From positions 153,842 to 217,841 of the forward strand of contig CAZVLB010000004.1 in assembly GCA_964627935.1 (NCBI GenBank): 64,000 bases of DNA, read 5' to 3'. Below the pieces are notes generated by a model that was not told where the DNA came from, ran no database searches, and was given only the letters and a program-made list of their open reading frames with translations. How positions within the stretch are numbered: position 1 is the first letter of the stretch; each line of letters opens with the position of its first letter. The translations under genes and the position numbers were made by a program. Positions 8,998 to 18,000 of the stretch are shown piece after piece. The stretch comes from an uncultured Ignavibacteria bacterium. Lineage in GTDB: Bacteria > Zixibacteria > MSB-5A5 > JAABVY01.

Positions 8998-10769
8998 GGC
9001 TGACGTTTGGCCCTGACTATCAACCCCAAAAAATCCAGAATCACTTTGTTATTCTCTTCAAATCTCAGACTATAACGTTCGCCAGTTTGGAAATTGTACC
9101 CGGCAAAAATCCCCTCAGCAACAGGCAGTAGCCGAAGCGGATCAATACTCTTTTCGGACATGCCCATACATTTTCCACGACTCCATGCGGTTTTTAAATG
9201 GAATGTCTGATTTTCGAACTCAGCCCTGAGAAATGTCTCGATGCCATCAGCCTTCCTCGTTCCAAGTATTTTCAAATCGATTAATTCCCCTTCGGGCTTG
9301 AGCGCTTGCCGATACTCTTTAAGCATTCCGGCGACATCATTATCCCCGAATGAATGCCAGTAGCCGGCGGCTTTATCGTAATCACCGGCAAACAGGGCAG
9401 TGGCCATTTCATATGTGAGCAGGTTGTATTTTTTCAGCATATGGCTCATATCCGAGGGATAGAAAATATCCAGTGCTTTCTGCCCTACAGGGATAATTTG
9501 CAAACAGCTATCGGCTGCCGATATTTCAAGGCCATTATCATTATTGACTGAATAAAGGCCCTCCAAATTGGGATTGAGGGGCAGGAGATCATCGTTCAAC
9601 CGGGGCGGGAATTCCAGGTCCTCTCCAAAAAGGATCATGGAAAGATACACGGCCAGGTGATCGACAGGCAGAAATCCCTCCACAGGTTTGTTTGAAAAGA
9701 CTATGAATAAAGCATCATCGGCGGCGTAATAGTAGACCGCGCAACTCCAGCCATGAGGCATTGCTCCCCCGTTATGCCAGATTACAGTGCTCTTCCTGCG
9801 GGTTGATTCCTGATTTACCCAGCCGTAGCCATAATAAGTGATGTCATCAGGATATTCGCGCACATGCGGAGTGAACATAAGTTGGCGGGCACTGTCGCTC
9901 AGCAAATCACCCTTATATAGCTCATTAAACCATTTGTGCATATCATCAGGCGTCGAAAGCATTCCGCCATTGCCGATAAGGTTCCAGCATTCTTTTGGGC
10001 GGTCGAGAGGCGAAACGTGGGACAGGTTCTTATTGTGAGAATGCGCCACAGGTTTGCCATGCATGCTGAACATGCCGGTGTTTATTATCTCCAGAGGGTT
10101 AAACAAGGAATCGATCAGGAAGCTTTCCCAGCTTTGATTGCCTACTTTTTCAATAATGGCCGCGAGCAGGGAATAGCCGGAATTGGAATAGGCATAGCCT
10201 GCTCCGGGACGATCCAGCAGTTCGCTTGTTAGTACTCGATGTACATATTCATCACGATTGACCGATTCATCATCCGAGGCGAAATCGGATTCCAGACCGG
10301 ATGTATGTGTCAGTAGATGATGTATGGTTATCGATCTTTTATCCGAGGGGACATTGTCAAAATAAACCGGCAGTGAATCAATGAGGTCCAATCTTCCGCG
10401 ATCATAGAGATACAGGATCGCTGTGGCTGTGAATTGCTTTGTTAGCGACCCTGTGCTGAACAGAGTCTCTTTTGTGTTCGCAATATTTTTTTCGGGATGA
10501 GCCAGTCCATAGGCATTATTACAAACCACATCTCCATTTTGTGCCACCAGAGCAGAGCCATGAAAGCCGAATTTCTCCAGCCTGTTCAGGTATTCATGCA
10601 TTCTTTCTCCGCTCGACATATCTGACAGGTCGATTTCCGGATCCTGCGCGACACCCGAACCGGAGACTAAAAAGCAGATGAACAGTACAAAAAGGGCTGC
10701 ACGAATGTAATGTTGAGCCTTCATAATCTGATTCCCCGCAAATAGTTTTATTCTTTTAGACGAAAACAA
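8985..10769 (-). CDS. serine hydrolase, beta-lactamase/PBP family, secreted
   Basis: 594 aa with an N-terminal signal peptide. The S-x-x-K active-site motif is 'STGSLTKQF', followed by a typical beta-lactamase-family fold and a roughly 200-aa C-terminal extension. The 3' end overlaps the convergent kinase gene by 13 bp. Confidence 0.75.
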   Translation of the reverse strand: MFSSKRIKLFAGNQIMKAQHYIRAALFVLFICFLVSGSGVAQDPEIDLSDMSSGERMHEYLNRLEKFGFHGSALVAQNGDVVCNNAYGLAHPEKNIANTKETLFSTGSLTKQFTATAILYLYDRGRLDLIDSLPVYFDNVPSDKRSITIHHLLTHTSGLESDFASDDESVNRDEYVHRVLTSELLDRPGAGYAYSNSGYSLLAAIIEKVGNQSWESFLIDSLFNPLEIINTGMFSMHGKPVAHSHNKNLSHVSPLDRPKECWNLIGNGGMLSTPDDMHKWFNELYKGDLLSDSARQLMFTPHVREYPDDITYYGYGWVNQESTRRKSTVIWHNGGAMPHGWSCAVYYYAADDALFIVFSNKPVEGFLPVDHLAVYLSMILFGEDLEFPPRLNDDLLPLNPNLEGLYSVNNDNGLEISAADSCLQIIPVGQKALDIFYPSDMSHMLKKYNLLTYEMATALFAGDYDKAAGYWHSFGDNDVAGMLKEYRQALKPEGELIDLKILGTRKADGIETFLRAEFENQTFHLKTAWSRGKCMGMSEKSIDPLRLLPVAEGIFAGYNFQTGERYSLRFEENNKVILDFLGLIVRAKRQPQDN

Positions 10770-10806
10770 AGAATGCAGGTTTCATTGAAGTGAGAATAGA
10801 ATGGGA

Positions 10807-11946
10807 TTAAACCTGAAGCACTTGCTTATTATTGTGAGGCACAGCATTTAACGGTAAACTGACCTCGAATCGCGCGCCGTCCTCCCAGCCCTCCGGTGGT
10901 GAAATGATGGAGATTTTGCCATTGTGAGCATCGATAGCCATTTTGCAGAAGGTCAATCCCAAACCGACTCCGCGCCGTGCGATTTCGGGGCGGTCGTCGA
11001 TCTGGGCAAACTTGCTGAATATCTTTGAAGCGTCTTCGGGTGGTATTACCGGGCCATGATTGCAGATACCAAACATTATGCTGTTATTGAGCTTCTTCCA
11101 GCCAATCAAAATCTCCCCGCCATCCGGTGAGAATTTGATTGCATTACCAAGCAGGTTCTGGATAACTCGTTTAATCAGATCATGATCACACTGGCAGACA
11201 AGCTCATTGCTACCTTCAGAACGAACAGTGATATTATGTTTTAAAAGCTCGGCATTATATAACTCGATTTCATGATTGATAAGTTCAGCCAGGTTGGTAT
11301 CGCGGGGATTTATTTTCAGTGTGCCCGATTCCAGTTTTTCCACGCCGAGCAGGTTGTCGATCAGCATCGAGGCGTCCTGAGCGGCATTCATCAGAGTATC
11401 GACCATGCCTTCCGTTTTTGATGACATTTCGGCCGTATGCTTCAAAAGATCAATATAGCCGATAATAGCGGACATGGGCGAACGAAGATCATGGACAATC
11501 ATGCGGGTAAGGTCCTTTTTGAGTTGATTTAAACGCAGGACCTCATCATTGAGCTTCTTGTTTCTGAGATATCCACGAACACGCGCCTTGAGTACAGTGG
11601 CATTGACCGGCTTGGTAATAAAATCATCCGCGCCCTCATCGATAGCATGCACATAATCATCTACATCATCCAGGGCGGTGACAATTATGACCGGGATGAA
11701 ACGCAAATGAGGATCGCTTTTTATCTTCCTGCAAACCTCGAAACCATCCATGCCCGGCATCATAACATCCAGAAGTATCAGATCGGGCGGTTCATCCTCG
11801 ATCATCTTCATGGCATCGGCACCATTCCCGGCCGAACGGATATTCAGGTAGCCTTCAGAATTCAGGATACTCCTGAGCAGACGGATATTGAATACCTCGT
11901 CATCAACGAGGAAAATCGAAGCGTCTTTTAAATCACAGTTATACAT
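10807..11946 (-). CDS. response-regulator receiver / histidine kinase fusion
   Basis: 379 aa. N-terminal REC ('IFLVDDEVFNIR…DLILLDVMMPGMDG'), HisKA H-box 'IVHDLRSPMSAIIGY', and HATPase 'GVGLGLTFCK'. Confidence 0.8.
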   Translation of the reverse strand: MYNCDLKDASIFLVDDEVFNIRLLRSILNSEGYLNIRSAGNGADAMKMIEDEPPDLILLDVMMPGMDGFEVCRKIKSDPHLRFIPVIIVTALDDVDDYVHAIDEGADDFITKPVNATVLKARVRGYLRNKKLNDEVLRLNQLKKDLTRMIVHDLRSPMSAIIGYIDLLKHTAEMSSKTEGMVDTLMNAAQDASMLIDNLLGVEKLESGTLKINPRDTNLAELINHEIELYNAELLKHNITVRSEGSNELVCQCDHDLIKRVIQNLLGNAIKFSPDGGEILIGWKKLNNSIMFGICNHGPVIPPEDASKIFSKFAQIDDRPEIARRGVGLGLTFCKMAIDAHNGKISIISPPEGWEDGARFEVSLPLNAVPHNNKQVLQV

Positions 11947-12019
11947 CTCTGTCTTTCATGAGCCCCTGAAGATTGTCTTACCTGATGTTTTTACCGCGGA
12001 GCTATTTGCATTAGTGTCG

Positions 12020-14482
12020 TCAGTTTTTATTAATAACTGTATCTTTTATTTTCAAGGGCAGTTCCTTTATATCAATCGGCTTACTAATATAGTCCGAGAA
12101 ACCGGCCACCAGAAATCGCTCACGATCCTCGGGCATGGCCTGGCCGGTTACGGCAATGACCGGGATATCTGTCGTGTTCTTGTTGGCTTTGAGCCTGTCC
12201 AGTGCGTCAAGGCCGTTCATGTCAGGCAACTGTATATCCAGCAATATTATATCAGGGCCATATTTTTGAGCGAATTCTATTCCTTCCATGGCTGAGGTGG
12301 CTGTCATTATACTGAAATCATGCTTCTGCAATGCTGATCGGATAAGCCTGAGATTGAACTCCTCATCATCGATTACCAGGATATTTATCGAGGAACCGTT
12401 TTTATTTTCGACGGAGTCATTCTCCGTTTTTTCCTGTTTTGATGATATTATCTGGCCTACAGGGAGGGCGATGAAGAAGTTGCTGCCCTGGCCCGGCTCG
12501 CTTTCCACCCAGATCCGTCCGCCATGCATTTCCACCAGGTTGCGGCTCAGGCTGAGCCCCAGCCCTGTTCCCTGGAATTTGCGCGCGAGGGAATGGTCTA
12601 CCTGCTGGAATTCGCCAAAGATCAGTTCCTGGTCCTCCTTTTTTATCCCGATACCGGTATCACTGACACAGATAATATATTCCTGCCCCTGTTCTTCCAG
12701 CGACAACTGGACTGATCCCTGGGCAGGCGTGAATTTTATGGCATTTGATAAAAGATTGTAAAGAATCTGCTTCAGTTTTTTGGCATCGGCCATTACCCGG
12801 CAGTCTTGATTAGCATCACATCCCAGCCTGACCTCGGCGCTGCGGGCCATGCCCTGAACCGTCTTGATTGAGTCTCGAACCAACTGACCCAGATTTACCT
12901 CGGCAATTTCCAGCACAGATTTGCCGGCCTCAATCTTTGCCAGGTCGAGGATATCGTTGATCAGGTCCATCAGGTGATGACCGCTCTGGGCAATTATGCG
13001 GATGTATTCCAGATGTTCCTGGCTGATTGTGTTCCGGTTCTCCTGTTCCAGCAGATCGGCAAAGCCTATGATCGAATTCAATGGTGTGCGCAATTCATGG
13101 CTCATGTTTGCCAGGAAAGAGCTTTTAGCCCGGCTGGCCGATTCAGCCGCGTCCTTGGCCGCCTGCAACTGCTCCTCCATATTGCGACGCTCGGTGAAAT
13201 CCACGAAGTTTCCGAATGTGCCTGTGTATTTTCCCGTTTCGTCGAAGCGGGGCGAGATCGAGGCCAGCACCACCCGGCGGTTGTTTTTTGCAGTTATAAT
13301 GTCAACCTCATACTGCGAAGACCTGTTCTGACGGCGGATTTCTGTCTGCGCCAGGATGAAATCATGAAAGTTCTCAGGGATGAAATCCAAAATGCTGCGT
13401 CCGATTAATTCACAGTGATTTTCGACTTCCAGTATCTTGCCGAAAGCCGGATTGCACATTACAATCAGCTCATTTTCATCAACAATCCCAAGGCCATCAA
13501 CAACGCAATTAAACAGTTCCTGGTAACGGCTTTCCGATTGACGAAGGGCGCTGTCGAAATTACGGCGTTCCAGGGCGCTGACGAATATCTCGCCCGCGAT
13601 TTTAATCAGTGTGATGAAATCATCGGGCCAGGTACGCTCCACCTGTATCGAATCGAAGCCCAGAAATCCGCGTAATTTGCCGCCGTAAAGCATGGGAATG
13701 AGCAATCGTGATTTTATCCCACGGGCTGTCATGCTGTCTTTCTCAAGTTGCGCTTCCGGCGGCATGGCATCGGTTGAGGGGATATAGATGTTCTCAAAAT
13801 TCTTCAGGCGCGACATAAACCAGGGGAACAGCTCGGTTCCAAATTCAGCCACACTTATTTTCTGCGCATCGATTTCGCCGTCAACCCATTCATAAGTGTT
13901 TAGCATACGGTTCAGGTCATCATTAAAAAGAAACAGGTAACTGCGATCAACGCCGGTAAAACATCCAATCTGACGCAGGGCTTCGCGGATTTCCGCATCG
14001 GTATTTTCCGGCCTGAGATTTATAAAGCGTGAGGATATGGTCGTAATAAGCCGCTCAAAATTCTGTCTGTACTGAAGTTCACTTTCGGTGTCGATTTGTT
14101 CGGAAATATCGCGGGCAATTCCGAAAATAACATCCGTGCCATTCCAGCGGCCGCGCGACAGGCGGGTTTCCACCGGTATTGTATTGCCCCTGCTGGTCAT
14201 AAGCGGGATAAAGCAGGAGGCCACATCCTGATTCTTCAACCGGGACAGCATTTCCCGGGCCCTGCTTTGCATTTCCGGGGGATGTAAATCGAGGATCGAC
14301 ATGTTTTGAAGCTCATGCCGGGTATAGCCCAGTTTCCTGACAAGGGTTTGATTGAAATGCAAAATTTTGCCGTCAAGACCGACAATTGCCAGGAAATCAT
14401 CAAGTGAATCCAAAAGAGCGCTGAAATCCTCAGGACTTGCGTGATTTTTGCTCTCGGCCTTTTGCGAGCCGGTGTTGATCAT
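12020..14482 (-). CDS. PAS/GAF sensor hybrid histidine kinase with C-terminal receiver
   Basis: 820 aa. PAS and GAF regions, H-box 'MSHELRTPLNSIIGFADLL', HATPase 'GTGLGLSLSRNLVEMHGG', and C-terminal REC 'ILVIDDEEFNLR…IILLDIQLPDMNG'. Confidence 0.8.
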   Translation of the reverse strand: MINTGSQKAESKNHASPEDFSALLDSLDDFLAIVGLDGKILHFNQTLVRKLGYTRHELQNMSILDLHPPEMQSRAREMLSRLKNQDVASCFIPLMTSRGNTIPVETRLSRGRWNGTDVIFGIARDISEQIDTESELQYRQNFERLITTISSRFINLRPENTDAEIREALRQIGCFTGVDRSYLFLFNDDLNRMLNTYEWVDGEIDAQKISVAEFGTELFPWFMSRLKNFENIYIPSTDAMPPEAQLEKDSMTARGIKSRLLIPMLYGGKLRGFLGFDSIQVERTWPDDFITLIKIAGEIFVSALERRNFDSALRQSESRYQELFNCVVDGLGIVDENELIVMCNPAFGKILEVENHCELIGRSILDFIPENFHDFILAQTEIRRQNRSSQYEVDIITAKNNRRVVLASISPRFDETGKYTGTFGNFVDFTERRNMEEQLQAAKDAAESASRAKSSFLANMSHELRTPLNSIIGFADLLEQENRNTISQEHLEYIRIIAQSGHHLMDLINDILDLAKIEAGKSVLEIAEVNLGQLVRDSIKTVQGMARSAEVRLGCDANQDCRVMADAKKLKQILYNLLSNAIKFTPAQGSVQLSLEEQGQEYIICVSDTGIGIKKEDQELIFGEFQQVDHSLARKFQGTGLGLSLSRNLVEMHGGRIWVESEPGQGSNFFIALPVGQIISSKQEKTENDSVENKNGSSINILVIDDEEFNLRLIRSALQKHDFSIMTATSAMEGIEFAQKYGPDIILLDIQLPDMNGLDALDRLKANKNTTDIPVIAVTGQAMPEDRERFLVAGFSDYISKPIDIKELPLKIKDTVINKN

Positions 14483-15037
14483 TTGGAATCAGCCCTCTTC
14501 CCAAGTTTATTTTAAATTCAATTAACTTTGCAGATATATTTTCATTATCGGAAAAAGAAAACCAGATTTAACTTAAATCTTTATTTGACTGTAATTTAGA
14601 CAACACTTCGACCATGCTGCCAAAGCTAATCCTATCCATCCCTCAGTGTCAATCCGATTAACCATTCTTTAACAGCTGCGCCCGGCATTAAATAAAAGAC
14701 CACTAAAATAGTCGTATATGTCCTTTATAAACCTTCGGAAAATGTTGATTAAAAATAAGTTAAGTCGAATAATTTACTTGACAGATGTCCAAAATTTGAA
14801 CATTTTAAAAGTACGTTTTGGGATAAATTTACAACTTTACATTTCTATTACTTCGTAACTGCGAAGCCTGTTTAAAAAAGAGCTTTGACAAAATTGATAA
14901 TGACCTGAAACAGGTCAAATGGAATCTGTGGCCAGTCCATTTGACAGTTATAGTGTGGGCCGTAATTGGATTTCATGGCGCACCGGGCCGCACCCTGAGT
15001 TGTAAAAAACATTTTCTACATAGGAATGGGAGATACT

Positions 15038-18000
15038 ATGAGAAAACCATTGATACTGCTACTCGTTTTGGGCTTCACTTTTCTTCTCACCTCACTTGCA
15101 ACCGCCGCCGAGGATGACTGGTGGGCGGATTCATTGTCGACCAAGCGCGGTTCGGGCGAACCGACCCTGCAGGAGATTTTTGATGACCTGGGCTATGATA
15201 TCGATGCTGATGCCGATGAGCTGGGAATCGAAACATTCTGCGCCCTGCCCGGACAGAACCTGGCGACAATTATAATAGAGGTTGCCGGATCATCAACAAC
15301 GGCAAATTCCGGATGGTATGTTGCCGGGGATTCGAGCACATTATACCAGATCTTTTCCGGTTCCAATGTGCCCGGTGATTCTACCACATTTACTATAACC
15401 GCCGGAGATTCAATCGGCTTCTACATGGAACCGAATCTTTCCACATATCATATCTGGTTTACCGAGAATTTCATGAATTCAGATAATTTCGATCATGCCC
15501 GGGTCTATTCAACATCTGTTCCGCATGAGTACCTGGTCTGTTTCGAGGACCTGAACAATGGCGGCGATATGGATTACAACGACCTGATTGTGAAGATCAA
15601 ATTCGCCAACCAGGAACCTACTATTGAATTGAGCGGCCTGACCGATTATTTCCTGTGTGCACCGGAGCAGATCTGTATCGATATTCTTGCCGAGGATGCC
15701 AACTGTGAAGGGGATACATTGACGGTCGAGATGGTTCAGGGCCCCGGCACATTTACCAGTATTGTGGGAGTCGGACCAATCAACGCCAGCCATTGTTTTA
15801 CACCCGCGAGCATGGATGATAGCTATCAGTTTATTTTCAAGGTTACCGATGAAGTCGGGGCCGAAGCTTATGATACAGTTACTATTAATGTAGAGATAAA
15901 TGATCCGCCAGTAATAACCTGCCCTGCAGATATTGCACTGCAATGCTCAGAGTCTACCGATCCATCCAATACGGGATCAGCCAGCGCGACCGATGATCAT
16001 GATGCCAATCCGGCTATCAGCTATACTGATACGGAAACCGCCGGATCATGCCCGCAGGAAAAGACAATTACAAGACGATGGAAGGCGGTCGATAGTTGCG
16101 GCGATTCGGCTGTCTGTATTCAGACGATTGTGGTTGAAGATACCACAATACCGGCAATAACCTGTCCTGCAGATATCACAATTGACTGCAATGGTTCAAC
16201 CGATCCATCAAATACCGGATCAGCCACAGCGACAGACAACTGCGATACGGCACCGGATATTACCTATGCCGATGTCACCAATGGCAATGTTATCACCAGA
16301 ACATGGACAGCCACCGATGACTGTGGCAATTCATCCAGCTGTGATCAGTTGATCACGATTGAGGATACAACTCCTCCGACTATCACATGTCCCGATGATG
16401 TCTCAGTTCAATGTATTGCCGATCTTCCACCTGTTGATATCAACGCCGTGACAGTTTCAGATGACTGCGATGCAAATCCGGCTGTGACCCATATCAGCGA
16501 TGTCTCTGATGGTAACAGCTGCCCGGAGATTATTACCAGAACCTACAGGGCAACAGATGCATCAGGTAATTATGCCGAATGTTCACAGTTGATTACCATA
16601 GATGATACAGAAGTACCTGTAATAACCTGTCCCGCAGATATCACAATTGACTGCAATGGTTCAAGCGATCCATCGAATACCGGATCAGCTACAGCAACGG
16701 ATAACTGCGATACAGCTCCTGATGTTACCTATGCCGATGTCACCAACGGCAATGTTATCACCAGAACCTGGACAGCTACCGATGACTGCGGAAATTCAGT
16801 CGGCTGTGACCAGTTGATCACGATAGAGGATACAGCTGCACCGACTATTGCATGCCCGGATGATGTTTCAGTGCAATGTATTGCCGATCTTCCGCCGTTT
16901 GATATCAACGCCGTGACAGTTTCAGATGACTGCGATGCAAATCCGGCTGTGACTCATATCAGCGATCTTTCAGACGGTAACAGCTGTCCGGAGATTATAA
17001 CCAGAACCTACAGGGCAACCGATGCCTCCGGCAACTATGCTGAATGTACTCAGTTGATTACGATAGATGACACAGAAGCTCCCGTGATAACCTGCCCTGC
17101 AGATATCACAATCGACTGCAATGGTTCAAGCGATCCATCGAATACCGGATCAGCTACAGCAACGGATAACTGCGATACAGCTCCTGATGTTACCTATGCC
17201 GATGTCACCAACGGCAATGTTATCACCAGGACCTGGACAGCTACCGATGACTGCGGTAATTCAGCCAGCTGTGACCAGTTGATCACGATAGAGGATACAA
17301 CTGCACCGACTATTGCATGCCCGGATGATGTCTCAGTGCAGTGTATTGCCGATCTTCCACCGGTTGATATCAATGCTGTTACGGTCACAGATGACTGCGA
17401 TACAAATCCTGTGGTGACTCATATCAGCGATGTCTCTGATGGTAACAGCTGCCCGGAGATTATAACCAGAACCTACAGGGCAACAGATGCATCAGGTAAT
17501 TATGCCGAATGTTCACAGTTGATTACCATAGATGATACAGAAGTACCTGTAATAACCTGTCCCGCAGATATCACAATTGACTGCAATGGTTCAAGCGATC
17601 CATCGAATACCGGATCAGCTACAGCAACGGATAACTGCGATACAGCTCCTGATGTTACCTATGCCGATGTCACCAACGGCAATGTTATCACCAGGACCTG
17701 GACAGCTACCGATGACTGCGGAAATTCAGCCAGCTGTGACCAGTTGATTGAATTCAATCCCAATACTGCGCCGGTTTGCGATATCCCTGAAGATACAACA
17801 ATTACCCAGTGTACACCGACCGAGGTCTGCCTGCCGGTTTCGGCCACCGACGCCGAGAATAATCTTGTCGGTTGTGAATTGACTGATGGTCCCGGCCAGT
17901 TAGCTAACGGCAACTGGTGCTATACTCCACAGGGTGATGAAAGTGTCATTGTAACGATAACATGTACTGATGAATGTGATGAGTTCTGCGAGGAAACATT

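Noticed and set aside
14941-14968. Sigma-70-like 'TTGACA-N16-TAATTG' about 60 nt upstream of the HYR adhesin gene
   Set aside because: The match is plausible. However, the T9SS content suggests a lineage that may use Bacteroidota-type promoters (-33 TTG / -7 TAnnTTTG), and no TSS data are available. I left it unannotated as too speculative.
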